A stretch of 64,000 bases of DNA from an uncultured Lachnospiraceae bacterium (GTDB taxonomy: Bacteria > Bacillota > Clostridia > Oscillospirales > CAG-272), in assembly GCA_964568425.1 (NCBI GenBank), contig CAZMPO010000007.1, positions 1 to 64,000 on the forward strand, read 5' to 3'. Positions 50,928 through 61,120 of this stretch are shown in pieces. Within the stretch, counting starts at the first letter, position 1, and every line of letters starts with the position of its first letter. The notes below the pieces were generated by a model that searched no databases, was not told the origin of the DNA, and saw only the letters and a list, made by a program, of their open reading frames with translations. A program made the translations under genes and the position numbers.

Positions 50928-51166
50928 GATTTGTCAACCAAAAAAATATACGAGCTTGACAAAACTTTTTATCCGTGTTATGGTTATCTTTGATAAAAGG
51001 GGCAAGGAAGAGGGATGGGGCATAGGTATAGCCGCACCCGTGGGGCGTGAGCACCGCATCTTTGGCAATTGGGGTATGATATATCGGCGAAATAAATAAT
51101 CAATTACCCCCGTGTGGGTACACCGCGAATAAATTCGAGGTGTACCCAAAACGTAAACATGTTTTC

Positions 51167-52840
51167 TCAGAAAAGCCCGGATATCTTGCCGTTTTCATCG
51201 ACATCGATGCGTTCTGCGGCAGGGGATTTGGGAAGTCCCGGCATGGTCAAGATGTCGCCTGTCATTACGACCACAAATCCCGCACCTGCGGACACCTTGA
51301 CATTTTTGACGGTGACCGTAAATCCGGTCGGTGCGCCGAGCTTTGTCGGGTCATCCGAGAAGCTGTACTGCGTCTTGGCGATGCAAACGGGCAGTCCGCC
51401 GAAGCCGAGTGCCTCAAGCTCGGCGATCTGCTTCTTTGCGGCAGGGGTATAGGTTACCGCATCTCCGCCGTAAACGCGTTTTACGACATTCTCGATCTTT
51501 TGCTCGATGGTCTCATCAAGCTCATAGGAGAACTTAAAGTTCGGGGTCTCCTCCTCGCAAAGGCGAACGACCTCATTTGCAAGTGCGACTCCGCCCTCGC
51601 CGCCCTTGGCGTGAACATCCGAAAGGACGGTATTTACGCCGAGCGAGCGGCATTTTTCGATGATAAAGCCGATCTCGGCATCGGTATCGGTCGGGAAACG
51701 GTTGATCGCCACGACGCAGGGCAGACCGTAGACGTTTTTGATATTCGAAACATGGCGAAGAAGGTTGGGGACGCCTGCCTCGAGGGCGGATATATTCTCG
51801 TTTGCAAGCTCTTTTTTGTCCATGCCGCCGTGCATCTTAAGTGCGCGAACGGTTGCAACGATGACGACCGCATCGGGGGTAAGTCCTGCCATGCGGCACT
51901 TGATATCGAGGAATTTCTCCGCGCCGAGATCCGCGCCGAAGCCTGCCTCGGTGACCGTATAATCGCCCATTTTGAGTGCAAGACGCGTCGCCATGACCGA
52001 GTTACAGCCGTGTGCGATATTTGCAAAAGGTCCGCCGTGAACGAATGCGGGCGTTCCCTCAAGAGTTTGCACGAGGTTCGGCTTTATCGCATCCTTGAGA
52101 AGTGCGGTCATTGCGCCGACCGCCTTGAGATCGGACGCGGTCACGGGTTCACCCGAGTATGTATAGCCGACAATTATCCTGCCAAGTCGCTCTTTGAGAT
52201 CGGAGATCGAGCTTGCAAGGCAGAAAACAGCCATTATCTCGGATGCCACGGTGATGTCAAAGCCATCCTCACGCGGAACACCGTTTGCCTTGCCGCCCAT
52301 TCCGTCGACGATAAAGCGAAGCTGTCTGTCGTTCATATCGACACAGCGTTTCCATGTGATGCGGCGAACGTCTATTCCGAGGGCATTTCCCTGCTGAATG
52401 TGGTTGTCAAGCATTGCGGCAAGCAGATTGTTTGCCGCGCCGATTGCGTGAAAATCGCCCGTAAAATGGAGATTTATATCCTCCATGGGCACGACCTGCG
52501 CATATCCGCCGCCTGCCGCGCCTCCCTTGACTCCGAACACGGGACCGAGCGAGGGCTCGCGAAGTGCCACGGTGACCTCCTTGCCGATCTTTGCAAGTCC
52601 GTCGGCAAGTCCTATCGTTGTGGTAGTCTTTCCCTCGCCTGCGGGTGTGGGAGTTATCGCCGTAACAAGCACGAGCTTGCCGTTCTTTCGCTTGCTTGAA
52701 AGGAGCGAAAGATCGACCTTTGCTTTATATTTGCCGTACTGCTCGATATCATCGGGCGAAAGGTGCGCCTTTGCGGCGATCTCGGTAATGGGTCTCATTT
52801 CGCACTGCTGTGCGATCTCAATATCGGTAAGGTGTGCCAT
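51167..52840 (-). CDS. fhs: formate--tetrahydrofolate ligase
   Basis: 557 aa; [16 protein letters not shown]-loop; FTHFS family. Confidence 0.95.
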   Translation of the reverse strand: MAHLTDIEIAQQCEMRPITEIAAKAHLSPDDIEQYGKYKAKVDLSLLSSKRKNGKLVLVTAITPTPAGEGKTTTTIGLADGLAKIGKEVTVALREPSLGPVFGVKGGAAGGGYAQVVPMEDINLHFTGDFHAIGAANNLLAAMLDNHIQQGNALGIDVRRITWKRCVDMNDRQLRFIVDGMGGKANGVPREDGFDITVASEIMAVFCLASSISDLKERLGRIIVGYTYSGEPVTASDLKAVGAMTALLKDAIKPNLVQTLEGTPAFVHGGPFANIAHGCNSVMATRLALKMGDYTVTEAGFGADLGAEKFLDIKCRMAGLTPDAVVIVATVRALKMHGGMDKKELANENISALEAGVPNLLRHVSNIKNVYGLPCVVAINRFPTDTDAEIGFIIEKCRSLGVNTVLSDVHAKGGEGGVALANEVVRLCEEETPNFKFSYELDETIEQKIENVVKRVYGGDAVTYTPAAKKQIAELEALGFGGLPVCIAKTQYSFSDDPTKLGAPTGFTVTVKNVKVSAGAGFVVVMTGDILTMPGLPKSPAAERIDVDENGKISGLF

Positions 52841-52873
52841 GATCGGATCTCCTTTTTTATATTATCAATCTTT

Positions 52874-55800
52874 TTATATTTTTTTGAAGTACTTTACAGC
52901 CGCCTCGAACATGCGAATGTCATACTCGCCGAGGACGTTTTTGTAAAGACCGCCACCGACACGCTCGCTGTGTCCCATCTTGCCGAGCACGCGTCCGTCG
53001 GGCGAGGTGATGCCCTCGATCGCGCACATCGATCCGTTGGGATTGAAGTCGACATCCATCGTCGCTCTGCCGTCGAGATCGACATACTGCGTCGCGATCT
53101 GCCCGTTTTCGGCAAGCCTTTCGATAAGTGCCTCGTCGGCGATGAAGCGACCCTCGCCGTGCGATATCGGCACATTGTAAACATCACCGACATTTGTCAG
53201 CGACAGCCACGGGCTCTTATTGGACGAAACGCGGGTGCGAACGATCCTTGACTGGTGGCGCGAAATGTTGTTAAATGTGAGCGTCGGGCAGTGCTCGTCG
53301 GTATCGATGATCTTACCGTACGGAACAAGTCCGAGCTTTATAAGTGCCTGGAAGCCGTTGCAGATACCGCACATCAGACCGTCGCGCCTCTCAAGAAGAT
53401 CTGTGACTGCCTCTTTGATCTGCGCATTTCTGAAAAATGCCGTGATGAACTTAGCCGAACCATCCGGTTCGTCACCGCCCGAAAATCCGCCGGGGATGAA
53501 TATCATCTGACACTCGGAGATCTTTTTTGCCACCTCGTCGACACTGCGCACAACATCGGCGGCGGTCAGATTGCGAATAACGGCAATTTCTGCCTCCGCT
53601 CCTGCAGCCATTACCGCGCGAGCCGAGTCGTATTCGCAGTTCGTGCCCGGGAATACGGGGATGAGCACCTTCGGACGTGCCACAGCCACCGCAGGTGCAA
53701 AACGGCTGTTTTCTGTCATTTTATATGTGAAATTCTCTGCTTTTTCCTCTTTTTCGCTCGTTTTTGTGGGATATACGTCTTCAAGCGTCGCACTGTTGAG
53801 CCTAAGCAGTTCATCGATGGTGACTCTGTCGCCGTCAAGATCGATCACGCCGTCATCGGTCGTATGACCGAGCTTCACCGTGCCGCGGACATTCACATCC
53901 TCGGTCAGCTCGGCGATGATAAAGCCCCAAAGTGAGGGCAGATGCCACTGTCCTTCGAGTCCCGAGTTGCTCTTAAAGCCGATGCCGTTTCCAAAGGACA
54001 TGTTCATGATGCCCTCGCCGATACCGTGCTCGACAGCCCACGCCGCCTTGACCTTGCCCTCTTTGCAAAGCTCATGGAAGGCATCCCATGATGCCCTAAG
54101 GCTCTCGGCACTCTCATCTGCCGCACCGAAGAGGTACACCGGGTGTCCTGCCGCCTTAAATTCGGGCGAGATGACCGCTCCTTTATCGATGGGAGCAATG
54201 GCGAACGAAATGAGCGTCGGCGGAACGTCCCTGTCAAGGAAACTGCCCGACATGGAGTCCTTGCCGCCGATTGCAGCCGCACCGAGCTCCAGCTGTGCAT
54301 CGAGTGCACCGAGCAGTGCCGAAAAGGGTTTGCCCCAACGGGTCGGCTCGGTTCTGAGCTTTTCAAAAAATTCCTGGAGCGACAGATACGCGCCGTGATA
54401 GTCCGCGCCTGTTGCGACAAGTTTTGCAACCGAGGTATAAACTGCGGCATGCGCGCCGATGTAGGGATCAACGCTCAGCAGATCGGGGTCACATCCGAAT
54501 GCCATAACACTTGCGGTATCGGTCGACTGCCCCGGGAGTGTCGGGAGCACTGCCGCCATCGACTGCGTCGGGGTGAGTTGGCGTTTGCCGCCGTAGGGCA
54601 TGAGCAGAGAGCCCGCACCGATGGTAGAGTCAAAACGCTCGACAAGTCCTCGACGGCTTGCTGTATGAAGATCGGACGCCATTTCGCGCAGATCGCCGTA
54701 AAGTGCCCTCGAAAGTGCCGAAAGGTCTTTCTTATCGATCTTGACCGACGCGTGCTTTGTCGCGCCGTTCGTGTTCAGGAAATCGCGTGAAAGATCGGCG
54801 ATGACAGCACCGTTCCATGTCATGACCATGCGTGCCTTTTTTGTTACAACGGCGACGCGATACGCCTCGAGATTTTCGCTCTCGGCAAGGGATATGAATT
54901 TATCGGCATCCTCGGGTGCGACGACGACCGCCATGCGCTCCTGAGACTCGGAGATCGCAAGCTCGGTGCCGTCAAGACCGTCATATTTTTTGCGAACAGC
55001 GTCAAGATCGATGCGAAGTCCGTCGGCAAGCTCGCCGATGGCGACCGAAACGCCGCCTGCGCCGAAGTCATTGCAACGCTTGATCATGCGCGTGACCTCG
55101 CCGTTTCTGAAAAGACGCTGGATCTTGCGCTCCTCGGGGGCGTTGCCCTTCTGAACCTCGGACGCCATGGTGGCAAGCGACTTCGCATCGTGGCTCTTGG
55201 ATGAGCCTGTCGCACCGCCGATACCATCCCTGCCCGTTCTGCCGCCGAGCAATATTACCACATCACCGGGCGCAGGGCACTCGCGGCGGACATTGCATGC
55301 AGGCACTGCGGCAACGACCGCGCCGCACTCAAGTCGTTTTGCAACAAATCCGTCGTGATAAAGCTCAGCCACATGTCCCGTGGCAAGCCCGATCTGGTTG
55401 CCGTAGGACGAATATCCTGCGGCTGCCGTTCTGCATATCGTTCGCTGAGGCAGTTTGCCGGGGACAGTCTCGGAAAGAGGTGTTCTCGGATCTCCCGCGC
55501 CGGTAACGCGCATTGCCTGATGAACATAGGCGCGTCCCGAGAGCGGATCGCGGATGCAACCGCCGATACAGGTCGCCGCGCCGCCAAATGGCTCGATCTC
55601 GGTCGGATGGTTGTGCGTCTCGTTCTTAAACATGAGCAGCCAATCCTCGTCCCTGCCGTCGACCTTGGCGTTAACATGGATGGAGCAGGCGTTGATCTCC
55701 TCGCTCTCGTCAAGCTCGGGCAGAAGTCCGCGCTTTTTCAGCACCTTTGTGCCGATGGTCGCGATGTCCATCAGTGTCTGCGGACGCTTTGCCGCTCTTT

Positions 55801-56578
55801 CCTCTCCGTACACCTCAACACGCGCCTTGAGATAACGTTCATACGCCGCCTGTACTGCCGCATCGTCGATCTTCACCTCGTCGATGTGGGTCGAGAAGGT
55901 GGTGTGGCGGCAGTGATCCGACCAATATGTGTCGACCACGCGAATTTCGGTGATCGTCGGGTCGCGATGCTCGCTGTCGATAAAATAATTCTGCAAAAAC
56001 TTAAGATCGTCAAGATCCATGGCAAGTCCGAGATCATCGAGCAGTGCGGAAAGCTCTCCCTCGTCCATTTTCGTAAATCCATCGATGGTGGCGACGCGCT
56101 CGGGAGCGGTGTGTTTTGCCTCGAGCGATGTCGGCAGGTCGAGGGACGCCTCGCGCGACTCGACCTTGTTTATGATATGCGCACGAATGGCGTCGAGATC
56201 GCCCTCGGCAAGTGTTCCGTAGAGGGCATAGACCTTCGCCGAGCGCACGATCGGACGCTCACCGCCCGAGATTATCTGTATGCACTGTGCCGCGCTGTCG
56301 GCTCTCTGATCAAACTGACCGGGGAGCGGCTCGACCGCAAAAAGCCGATCGGCATCGGTCGGGAGAGAGGTAGATGTGATATCGAGCTGAGGCTCCGAAA
56401 ATACGGTCTTTACCGCATAATCAAAGAGTTCGGGCGTGATATTCTCAACATCGTAGCGATTGAATATTCTGACCGATTTGATGCCGCAGATCCCGAGAAG
56501 TCCCGAGATATCGGACATAAGCGATGCCGCCTCGTGGGCAAGCTCCTTCTTTTTTTCTACATATATTCTATAAACCAT
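52874..56578 (-). CDS. purL: phosphoribosylformylglycinamidine synthase (single-chain large form with C-terminal glutaminase domain)
   Basis: 1234 aa; PurL AIRS-like repeats plus C-terminal PurQ-like GATase domain (GICNGFQ). Confidence 0.95.
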   Translation of the reverse strand: MVYRIYVEKKKELAHEAASLMSDISGLLGICGIKSVRIFNRYDVENITPELFDYAVKTVFSEPQLDITSTSLPTDADRLFAVEPLPGQFDQRADSAAQCIQIISGGERPIVRSAKVYALYGTLAEGDLDAIRAHIINKVESREASLDLPTSLEAKHTAPERVATIDGFTKMDEGELSALLDDLGLAMDLDDLKFLQNYFIDSEHRDPTITEIRVVDTYWSDHCRHTTFSTHIDEVKIDDAAVQAAYERYLKARVEVYGEERAAKRPQTLMDIATIGTKVLKKRGLLPELDESEEINACSIHVNAKVDGRDEDWLLMFKNETHNHPTEIEPFGGAATCIGGCIRDPLSGRAYVHQAMRVTGAGDPRTPLSETVPGKLPQRTICRTAAAGYSSYGNQIGLATGHVAELYHDGFVAKRLECGAVVAAVPACNVRRECPAPGDVVILLGGRTGRDGIGGATGSSKSHDAKSLATMASEVQKGNAPEERKIQRLFRNGEVTRMIKRCNDFGAGGVSVAIGELADGLRIDLDAVRKKYDGLDGTELAISESQERMAVVVAPEDADKFISLAESENLEAYRVAVVTKKARMVMTWNGAVIADLSRDFLNTNGATKHASVKIDKKDLSALSRALYGDLREMASDLHTASRRGLVERFDSTIGAGSLLMPYGGKRQLTPTQSMAAVLPTLPGQSTDTASVMAFGCDPDLLSVDPYIGAHAAVYTSVAKLVATGADYHGAYLSLQEFFEKLRTEPTRWGKPFSALLGALDAQLELGAAAIGGKDSMSGSFLDRDVPPTLISFAIAPIDKGAVISPEFKAAGHPVYLFGAADESAESLRASWDAFHELCKEGKVKAAWAVEHGIGEGIMNMSFGNGIGFKSNSGLEGQWHLPSLWGFIIAELTEDVNVRGTVKLGHTTDDGVIDLDGDRVTIDELLRLNSATLEDVYPTKTSEKEEKAENFTYKMTENSRFAPAVAVARPKVLIPVFPGTNCEYDSARAVMAAGAEAEIAVIRNLTAADVVRSVDEVAKKISECQMIFIPGGFSGGDEPDGSAKFITAFFRNAQIKEAVTDLLERRDGLMCGICNGFQALIKLGLVPYGKIIDTDEHCPTLTFNNISRHQSRIVRTRVSSNKSPWLSLTNVGDVYNVPISHGEGRFIADEALIERLAENGQIATQYVDLDGRATMDVDFNPNGSMCAIEGITSPDGRVLGKMGHSERVGGGLYKNVLGEYDIRMFEAAVKYFKKI

Positions 56579-56618
56579 GTTTCTTATGACTTTCCTTTCA
56601 AACCTTCAAATTATATTC

Positions 56619-57893
56619 TCAGGCTTTATCACCAAGAGCCGCGAGTGCCCTTTTTCCGATATCATGTCGGCAAAAGCTGTTGTCAAATTTTATCCTTGAC
56701 ACCTTTTCGTAGGATGCCTTGATCGCCTCACAAAGCGTCGGTCTGACGCTCGTGACGCCGAGCACGCGTCCGCCGTTTGTTACAAGGTGTCCGTTTGACA
56801 GAGCCGCCCCTGCGACATAAACGGAGTCCGCTATGTCATCGGGGATCTCTATCTCAAAGCCCTTTTCGTAGGAGGCAGGGTAGCCGTTTGATGCCATGAT
56901 GACACAGCAGGCGGACTCATTCGAAAATTCGACCGACACATCGGACAAGGTCTCGTTTGTCACCGCCATCATGATGCTAAGCAGATCGGTCTTCAAAAGA
57001 GGGAGCACGACCTGAGTCTCGGGGTCGCCGAATCGGCAGTTGTACTCGATCACCTTCGGTCCGTCCTTTGTGATCATGAGGCCGAAATAGAGGCAACCCT
57101 TGAACGTCCTGCCCTCCGCTCTCATCGCTTCAATGGTCGGGACAAATATCTTTTTCATGCACTCATCAGCCACGGCGTTTGTATAATACGGGTTCGGTGC
57201 GACCGTGCCCATTCCGCCGGTGTTAAGTCCGCGATCGTTGTCAAGTGCACGCTTATGGTCCATCGACGAGACCATCGGAACGACCGTCTTGCCGTCGGTA
57301 AAGGAGAGCACCGACACCTCGGGACCTTCGAGGAACTCCTCGATAACGATCTCCTTGCCGCTCTCGCCGAATTTTCTGTCCTTCATTATCGAGACGACCG
57401 CATCCCTTGCCTGATCTCGCGTCTCGGCGATTATGACACCCTTTCCGAGTGCCAGCCCGTCCGCCTTGATGACGGTCGGCAGAGGTGCGCTCTCGACATA
57501 GGCAAGTGCCGCCTCGGGATCCGAGAAGACCTCGTATCGAGCGGTCGGAATGCCGTATTTTTTCATAAGATCCTTCGAAAAGACCTTACTGCCCTCGATT
57601 ATCGCCGCCGCCCGTCTCGGGCCGAAGCAGGGTACGCCGACCTCTTCGAGACGATCGACAAGCCCGAGGACAAGCGGGTCATCGGGCGCAACGATCGCGT
57701 AGTCGATCTTGTTTTCGACCGCGAACGAAACTATGGCATCAAGATCGGTCGCCTTTATATCAACGCACACGGCATCAGCGGCGATCCCCCCGTTCCCGGG
57801 CAGAGCAAACACCCGCTCGACCGATCTGTTTTCTCTGATTTTCTTTATAATGGCGTGCTCTCGCCCACCGGAACCGATTACTAATAAATTCAT
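56619..57893 (-). CDS. purD: phosphoribosylamine--glycine ligase
   Basis: MNLLVIGSGGREHAI start, ATP-grasp. Confidence 0.95.
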   Translation of the reverse strand: MNLLVIGSGGREHAIIKKIRENRSVERVFALPGNGGIAADAVCVDIKATDLDAIVSFAVENKIDYAIVAPDDPLVLGLVDRLEEVGVPCFGPRRAAAIIEGSKVFSKDLMKKYGIPTARYEVFSDPEAALAYVESAPLPTVIKADGLALGKGVIIAETRDQARDAVVSIMKDRKFGESGKEIVIEEFLEGPEVSVLSFTDGKTVVPMVSSMDHKRALDNDRGLNTGGMGTVAPNPYYTNAVADECMKKIFVPTIEAMRAEGRTFKGCLYFGLMITKDGPKVIEYNCRFGDPETQVVLPLLKTDLLSIMMAVTNETLSDVSVEFSNESACCVIMASNGYPASYEKGFEIEIPDDIADSVYVAGAALSNGHLVTNGGRVLGVTSVRPTLCEAIKASYEKVSRIKFDNSFCRHDIGKRALAALGDKA

Positions 57894-57920
57894 GTTTTAC
57901 CTCCTTGGGAAGGGGAAATT

Positions 57921-57987
57921 AGATACAAGATACGAGATACAAGATACAAGATACTTATTTGTGCGGACTTGGTTGTTCAGCTTTCTG
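57921..57987 (+). repeat. five tandem heptamers (AGATACA/AGATACG/AGATACT) plus left copy of a 47-bp direct repeat
   Basis: 57921-57955 heptamer array; 57941-57987 AAGATACAAGATACTTATTTGTGCGGACTTGGTTGTTCAGCTTTCTG repeated at 58384-58430 with 1 mismatch. Confidence 0.8.
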
Positions 57988-58011
57988 TTTGTGGGTGAAT
58001 TTTTGAGCTTA

Positions 58012-58362
58012 TTATTCTTGCACCGTTTTTATGGCTGAGGTCAACATGGAGATCAGATCTTTGCAATCGCTGATTATGGAATTGAAAAGATTGGTCGGGA
58101 TGTAGTCGGATGAATGCAAAAGTTCAAGCCAATAGATGGTCTCAGCCGCTTCTTTTCGTGCTATTTGCAGTTTTGCGACAAAATCCTTTCGACTGCTCCC
58201 ATAGACCGCTTCCGTAATATTAGCACCAATACTCGTCCCACTGCGCAGTATTTGATTTGACATAACATACTCCCGATGTTCCTTGCAAAGGTACTTGTAC
58301 AGACTGACAATCCGCTTTGCAAACTCCATACTTTTCGCCTTCAACAAACTATCAACAGACAT
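58012..58362 (-). CDS. four-helix-bundle protein (23S rRNA intervening-sequence protein family)
   Basis: EFAKRIVSLYKYL...RSGTSIGANITEA...ARKEAAETIYWLEL typical of the TIGR02436/PF05635 family; inserted between purD and purH. Confidence 0.7.
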   Translation of the reverse strand: MSVDSLLKAKSMEFAKRIVSLYKYLCKEHREYVMSNQILRSGTSIGANITEAVYGSSRKDFVAKLQIARKEAAETIYWLELLHSSDYIPTNLFNSIISDCKDLISMLTSAIKTVQE

Positions 58363-58377
58363 AAAACCCCCGAAGTA

Positions 58378-58430
58378 AGATATAAGATACAAGATACTTA
58401 TTTATGCGGACTTGGTTGTTCAGCTTTCTG
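58378..58430 (+). repeat. right copy of the 47-bp direct repeat with partial heptamers
   Basis: Sequence identity to 57941-57987. Confidence 0.8.
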
Positions 58431-58515
58431 CATGCAGAGAGATAATACAAAATACAAAAAATACAAGCTATTATAAAATATCGGACGCTGAAGAAAGAAG
58501 CTTTAGCGAACAAAT

Positions 58516-58549
58516 ATCTTGTATCTCGTATCTTGTATCTTGTATCTCC
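58516..58549 (-). repeat. inverted copy of the heptamer array (AGATACA/AGATACG x4-5)
   Basis: ATCTTGTATCTCGTATCTTGTATCTTGTATCTCC is the reverse complement of the 57921-57955 array; abuts the purH stop codon. Confidence 0.8.
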
Positions 58550-59734
58550 TCAGTGGTGGAACAATCTCATTCCGGTAAATGCCATGGCTATGTTGTATTT
58601 GTTGCAGCAATCGATGACTATATCGTCGCGGATGGAGCCGCCGGGTTCGGCTATGTAGGAGACGCCGCTGCGTTTGGCGCGCTCGATGTTGTCGTCGAAC
58701 GGGAAGAATGCATCCGAACCGAGGCTGACACCGTCCAGTGTGTCAAGATATGCCCTCTGCTCGTCGCGTGTAAACGGTTCGGGACGAGTGGTGAAATATT
58801 TCTGCCAAATGCCGTCCGCGCAGACATCCTCTTCATTTTGATTGATATATCCGTCGATCACGTTGTCGCGATCGGCTCTGCCCATGCCCTCCTTGAATGG
58901 GAGCGAGAGGACCTTGTCATGCTGACGAAGCTGCCATGTATCCGCTTTCGTGCCTGCAAGACGCGTGCAATGAATACGCGACTGCTGACCCGCGCCGACG
59001 CCGATCGCCTGACCGTCGTATGCATAGCAGACCGAGTTGGACTGAGTATATTTAAGAGTGATCAGCGAAATGATAAGATCGCGCACGGCACTCTCGGGGA
59101 GCTCCTTGTTTTCGGTCACAACATTTGAAAGAAGCTCTGCGTTGATCGCAAAATTGTTCCTTCCCTGCTCAAAGGTTATGCCGAAGACCTCTTTGGTCTC
59201 CTTTTCGGCAGGGGTGTAGTCGGGATCGATCTTTACGATGTTATAATTGCCGCGACGCTTGCCCTTTAAGATCTCGAGTGCCTCGGGCTCGTAACCGGGG
59301 GCGATAATGCCGTCGGACACCTCTCTTGCGATAAGCTTTGCGGTCGTCACATCGCAAACATCCGACAGCGCGATCCAGTCGCCGAAGGAGGACATGCGGT
59401 CGGTTCCTCTTGCTCTCGCATAAGCACAGGCAAGCGGCGAATCGTCAAGACCCTCGATATCATCGACAAAGCATGCCTTTTTCAGCTTTTCGGGAAGCTT
59501 CGTTCCGACTGCCGCCGAGGTCGGGCTGACATGCTTAAACGAGGTCGCCGCGGGCATACCGAGCACCGCTTTAAGCTCTCTGACGAGCTGCCATGAATTG
59601 AATGCATCAAGGAAGTTGATATAGCCGGGTCTGCCGCAAAGGATCTCGATCGGGAGATCGCTGTCGTCCTTCATATATATTCTCGAAGGCTTTTGGTTGG
59701 GGTTACAGCCGTATTTCAGCTCAAATTCTTTCAT
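58550..59734 (-). CDS. purH: AICAR transformylase (PurH formyltransferase domain only, no IMP cyclohydrolase/MGS domain)
   Basis: 394 aa matching the C-terminal AICARFT part of bifunctional PurH. Confidence 0.85.
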   Translation of the reverse strand: MKEFELKYGCNPNQKPSRIYMKDDSDLPIEILCGRPGYINFLDAFNSWQLVRELKAVLGMPAATSFKHVSPTSAAVGTKLPEKLKKACFVDDIEGLDDSPLACAYARARGTDRMSSFGDWIALSDVCDVTTAKLIAREVSDGIIAPGYEPEALEILKGKRRGNYNIVKIDPDYTPAEKETKEVFGITFEQGRNNFAINAELLSNVVTENKELPESAVRDLIISLITLKYTQSNSVCYAYDGQAIGVGAGQQSRIHCTRLAGTKADTWQLRQHDKVLSLPFKEGMGRADRDNVIDGYINQNEEDVCADGIWQKYFTTRPEPFTRDEQRAYLDTLDGVSLGSDAFFPFDDNIERAKRSGVSYIAEPGGSIRDDIVIDCCNKYNIAMAFTGMRLFHH

Positions 59735-59745
59735 TTCGGTGCTCC

Positions 59746-60462
59746 TTATTTGTTTTTATTTACTATTCTTGACTCGAAATTGCCGGTTTCGAGGTCTATA
59801 TATCTCACAAAAAGCGAGACCTTGTTGTCGGCGTTGAGACCGTCCCAGATAAGATCGGTCATTTCGTCAATGCCGAGATCGGGGAGCTCAAGTGTCTTCG
59901 GCTCGCCCTCGAAGCTCGGGAGCGGCGATCCGTCGCCCATATAGGTATGGATGAACTTCGCTCTGCCGCACGCGGGCGTATTGTAGGCAAATGTATATCT
60001 CTGACAGGATGTCGGGTCACCCTCTGCCGATTTGATGATCGAGAGTGCGAAATTCATAAGTCCCGACTCGTGATGAACGATGCCCGAGATGCGCGGAGTG
60101 TAGTTCGGCGCGTCATCCTCAAATTCGCGAGTGCGCAGTGCCTGCTCGAAGGTCATCTGCCTGTCCATCAGCTCGTAGATAGTATCGGTCTGATCGCCGT
60201 TGGTGACGATCGTTTTGTTGCCGAGCACGCGAACGGGTGCGTAGATGATGAGGTGGGGATCGACCATCTTGGACGGGTCGAACGCCTCTGTTCTTATGCC
60301 GTCACCCTCGGTCACGAAAACGCGATTGCGGCTGTTTTCGCTTCTTCCCATGATAAAATAAGCGATTATCGCCGACTTTCCGTCGACACTTCTGCCGACC
60401 ATTATTCCTCTGCCGTGATAGGACAGAGATCTGAGCTCACCCTCAAGATTTCTTATTTCCAT
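59746..60462 (-). CDS. purO: IMP cyclohydrolase, PurO-like
   Basis: ~238 aa in the pur operon directly upstream of the AICARFT-only purH; PurO-like size and position. Assignment is inferential. Confidence 0.6.
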   Translation of the reverse strand: MEIRNLEGELRSLSYHGRGIMVGRSVDGKSAIIAYFIMGRSENSRNRVFVTEGDGIRTEAFDPSKMVDPHLIIYAPVRVLGNKTIVTNGDQTDTIYELMDRQMTFEQALRTREFEDDAPNYTPRISGIVHHESGLMNFALSIIKSAEGDPTSCQRYTFAYNTPACGRAKFIHTYMGDGSPLPSFEGEPKTLELPDLGIDEMTDLIWDGLNADNKVSLFVRYIDLETGNFESRIVNKNK

Positions 60463-60478
60463 TTTGCATTCCCTTCGA

Positions 60479-61105
60479 TTAATTATTAATGTATACCCGA
60501 CCATCCGTGATGGTCAGCTTGTCGTCGCAGAAAAGCCTTACCGCCATCGGAAGTATCTTCCATTCGGCATTTTCCATTATTCGGCGCTGGAGCGTCTCGG
60601 GGGTATCATCGTCCATGACCTCGACCGCCTTTTGAAGTATGATCGGACCTGCGTCGCACTCGGCGGTAACAAAATGCACGGTCGCACCCGATACCTTGAC
60701 TCCCTTTGCAAGGACCGCCTCGTGAACATGAAGTCCGTAAAAGCCCTTGCCGCAAAAGGATGGAATGAGCGCAGGATGGACATTTATCATCCTGCCCGAA
60801 AACGCATCGCAGACACTGCCGTCGAGGATGGTCATAAATCCCGCGTAGACAACAAGATCCGCGCCCTCCAAGGTCAGCCTGTCACACATCGCTCTGCTGT
60901 AATCGGCGACAGAGGCGTACTCTGCGCGAGGGAGGACTATCGTCTTTATCCCTGCGTTTTTTGCTCGCTCAAGGGCATAAACGCCCGATTTTGAAGAAAT
61001 AACGGCGGTTATTTTTCCGTTTCCGAGCTCACCGCGAGCCTCTGCATCAATAAGTGCTTGAAGATTGGTCCCGCCACCCGAGACCAAGACAACGATTTTT
61101 TTCAT
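60479..61105 (-). CDS. purN: phosphoribosylglycinamide formyltransferase
   Basis: MKKIVVLVSGGGTNLQALID, HVHEAV... formyltransferase motifs. Confidence 0.9.
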   Translation of the reverse strand: MKKIVVLVSGGGTNLQALIDAEARGELGNGKITAVISSKSGVYALERAKNAGIKTIVLPRAEYASVADYSRAMCDRLTLEGADLVVYAGFMTILDGSVCDAFSGRMINVHPALIPSFCGKGFYGLHVHEAVLAKGVKVSGATVHFVTAECDAGPIILQKAVEVMDDDTPETLQRRIMENAEWKILPMAVRLFCDDKLTITDGRVYINN

Positions 61106-61120
61106 AATATTATACACCAA

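Noticed and set aside
50870-51166. PyrR-binding attenuator (anti-antiterminator loop with ...CCAGAGAGG... motif) upstream of pyrC
   Set aside because: Read the minus-strand leader and found no GAGAGG-type PyrR box and no pyrR gene in the window; the promoter lies only about 30 nt from the RBS.
52841-52873. ZTP (pfl) riboswitch upstream of fhs
   Set aside because: Only 33 nt separate the purL stop from the fhs start, with no room for the riboswitch aptamer.
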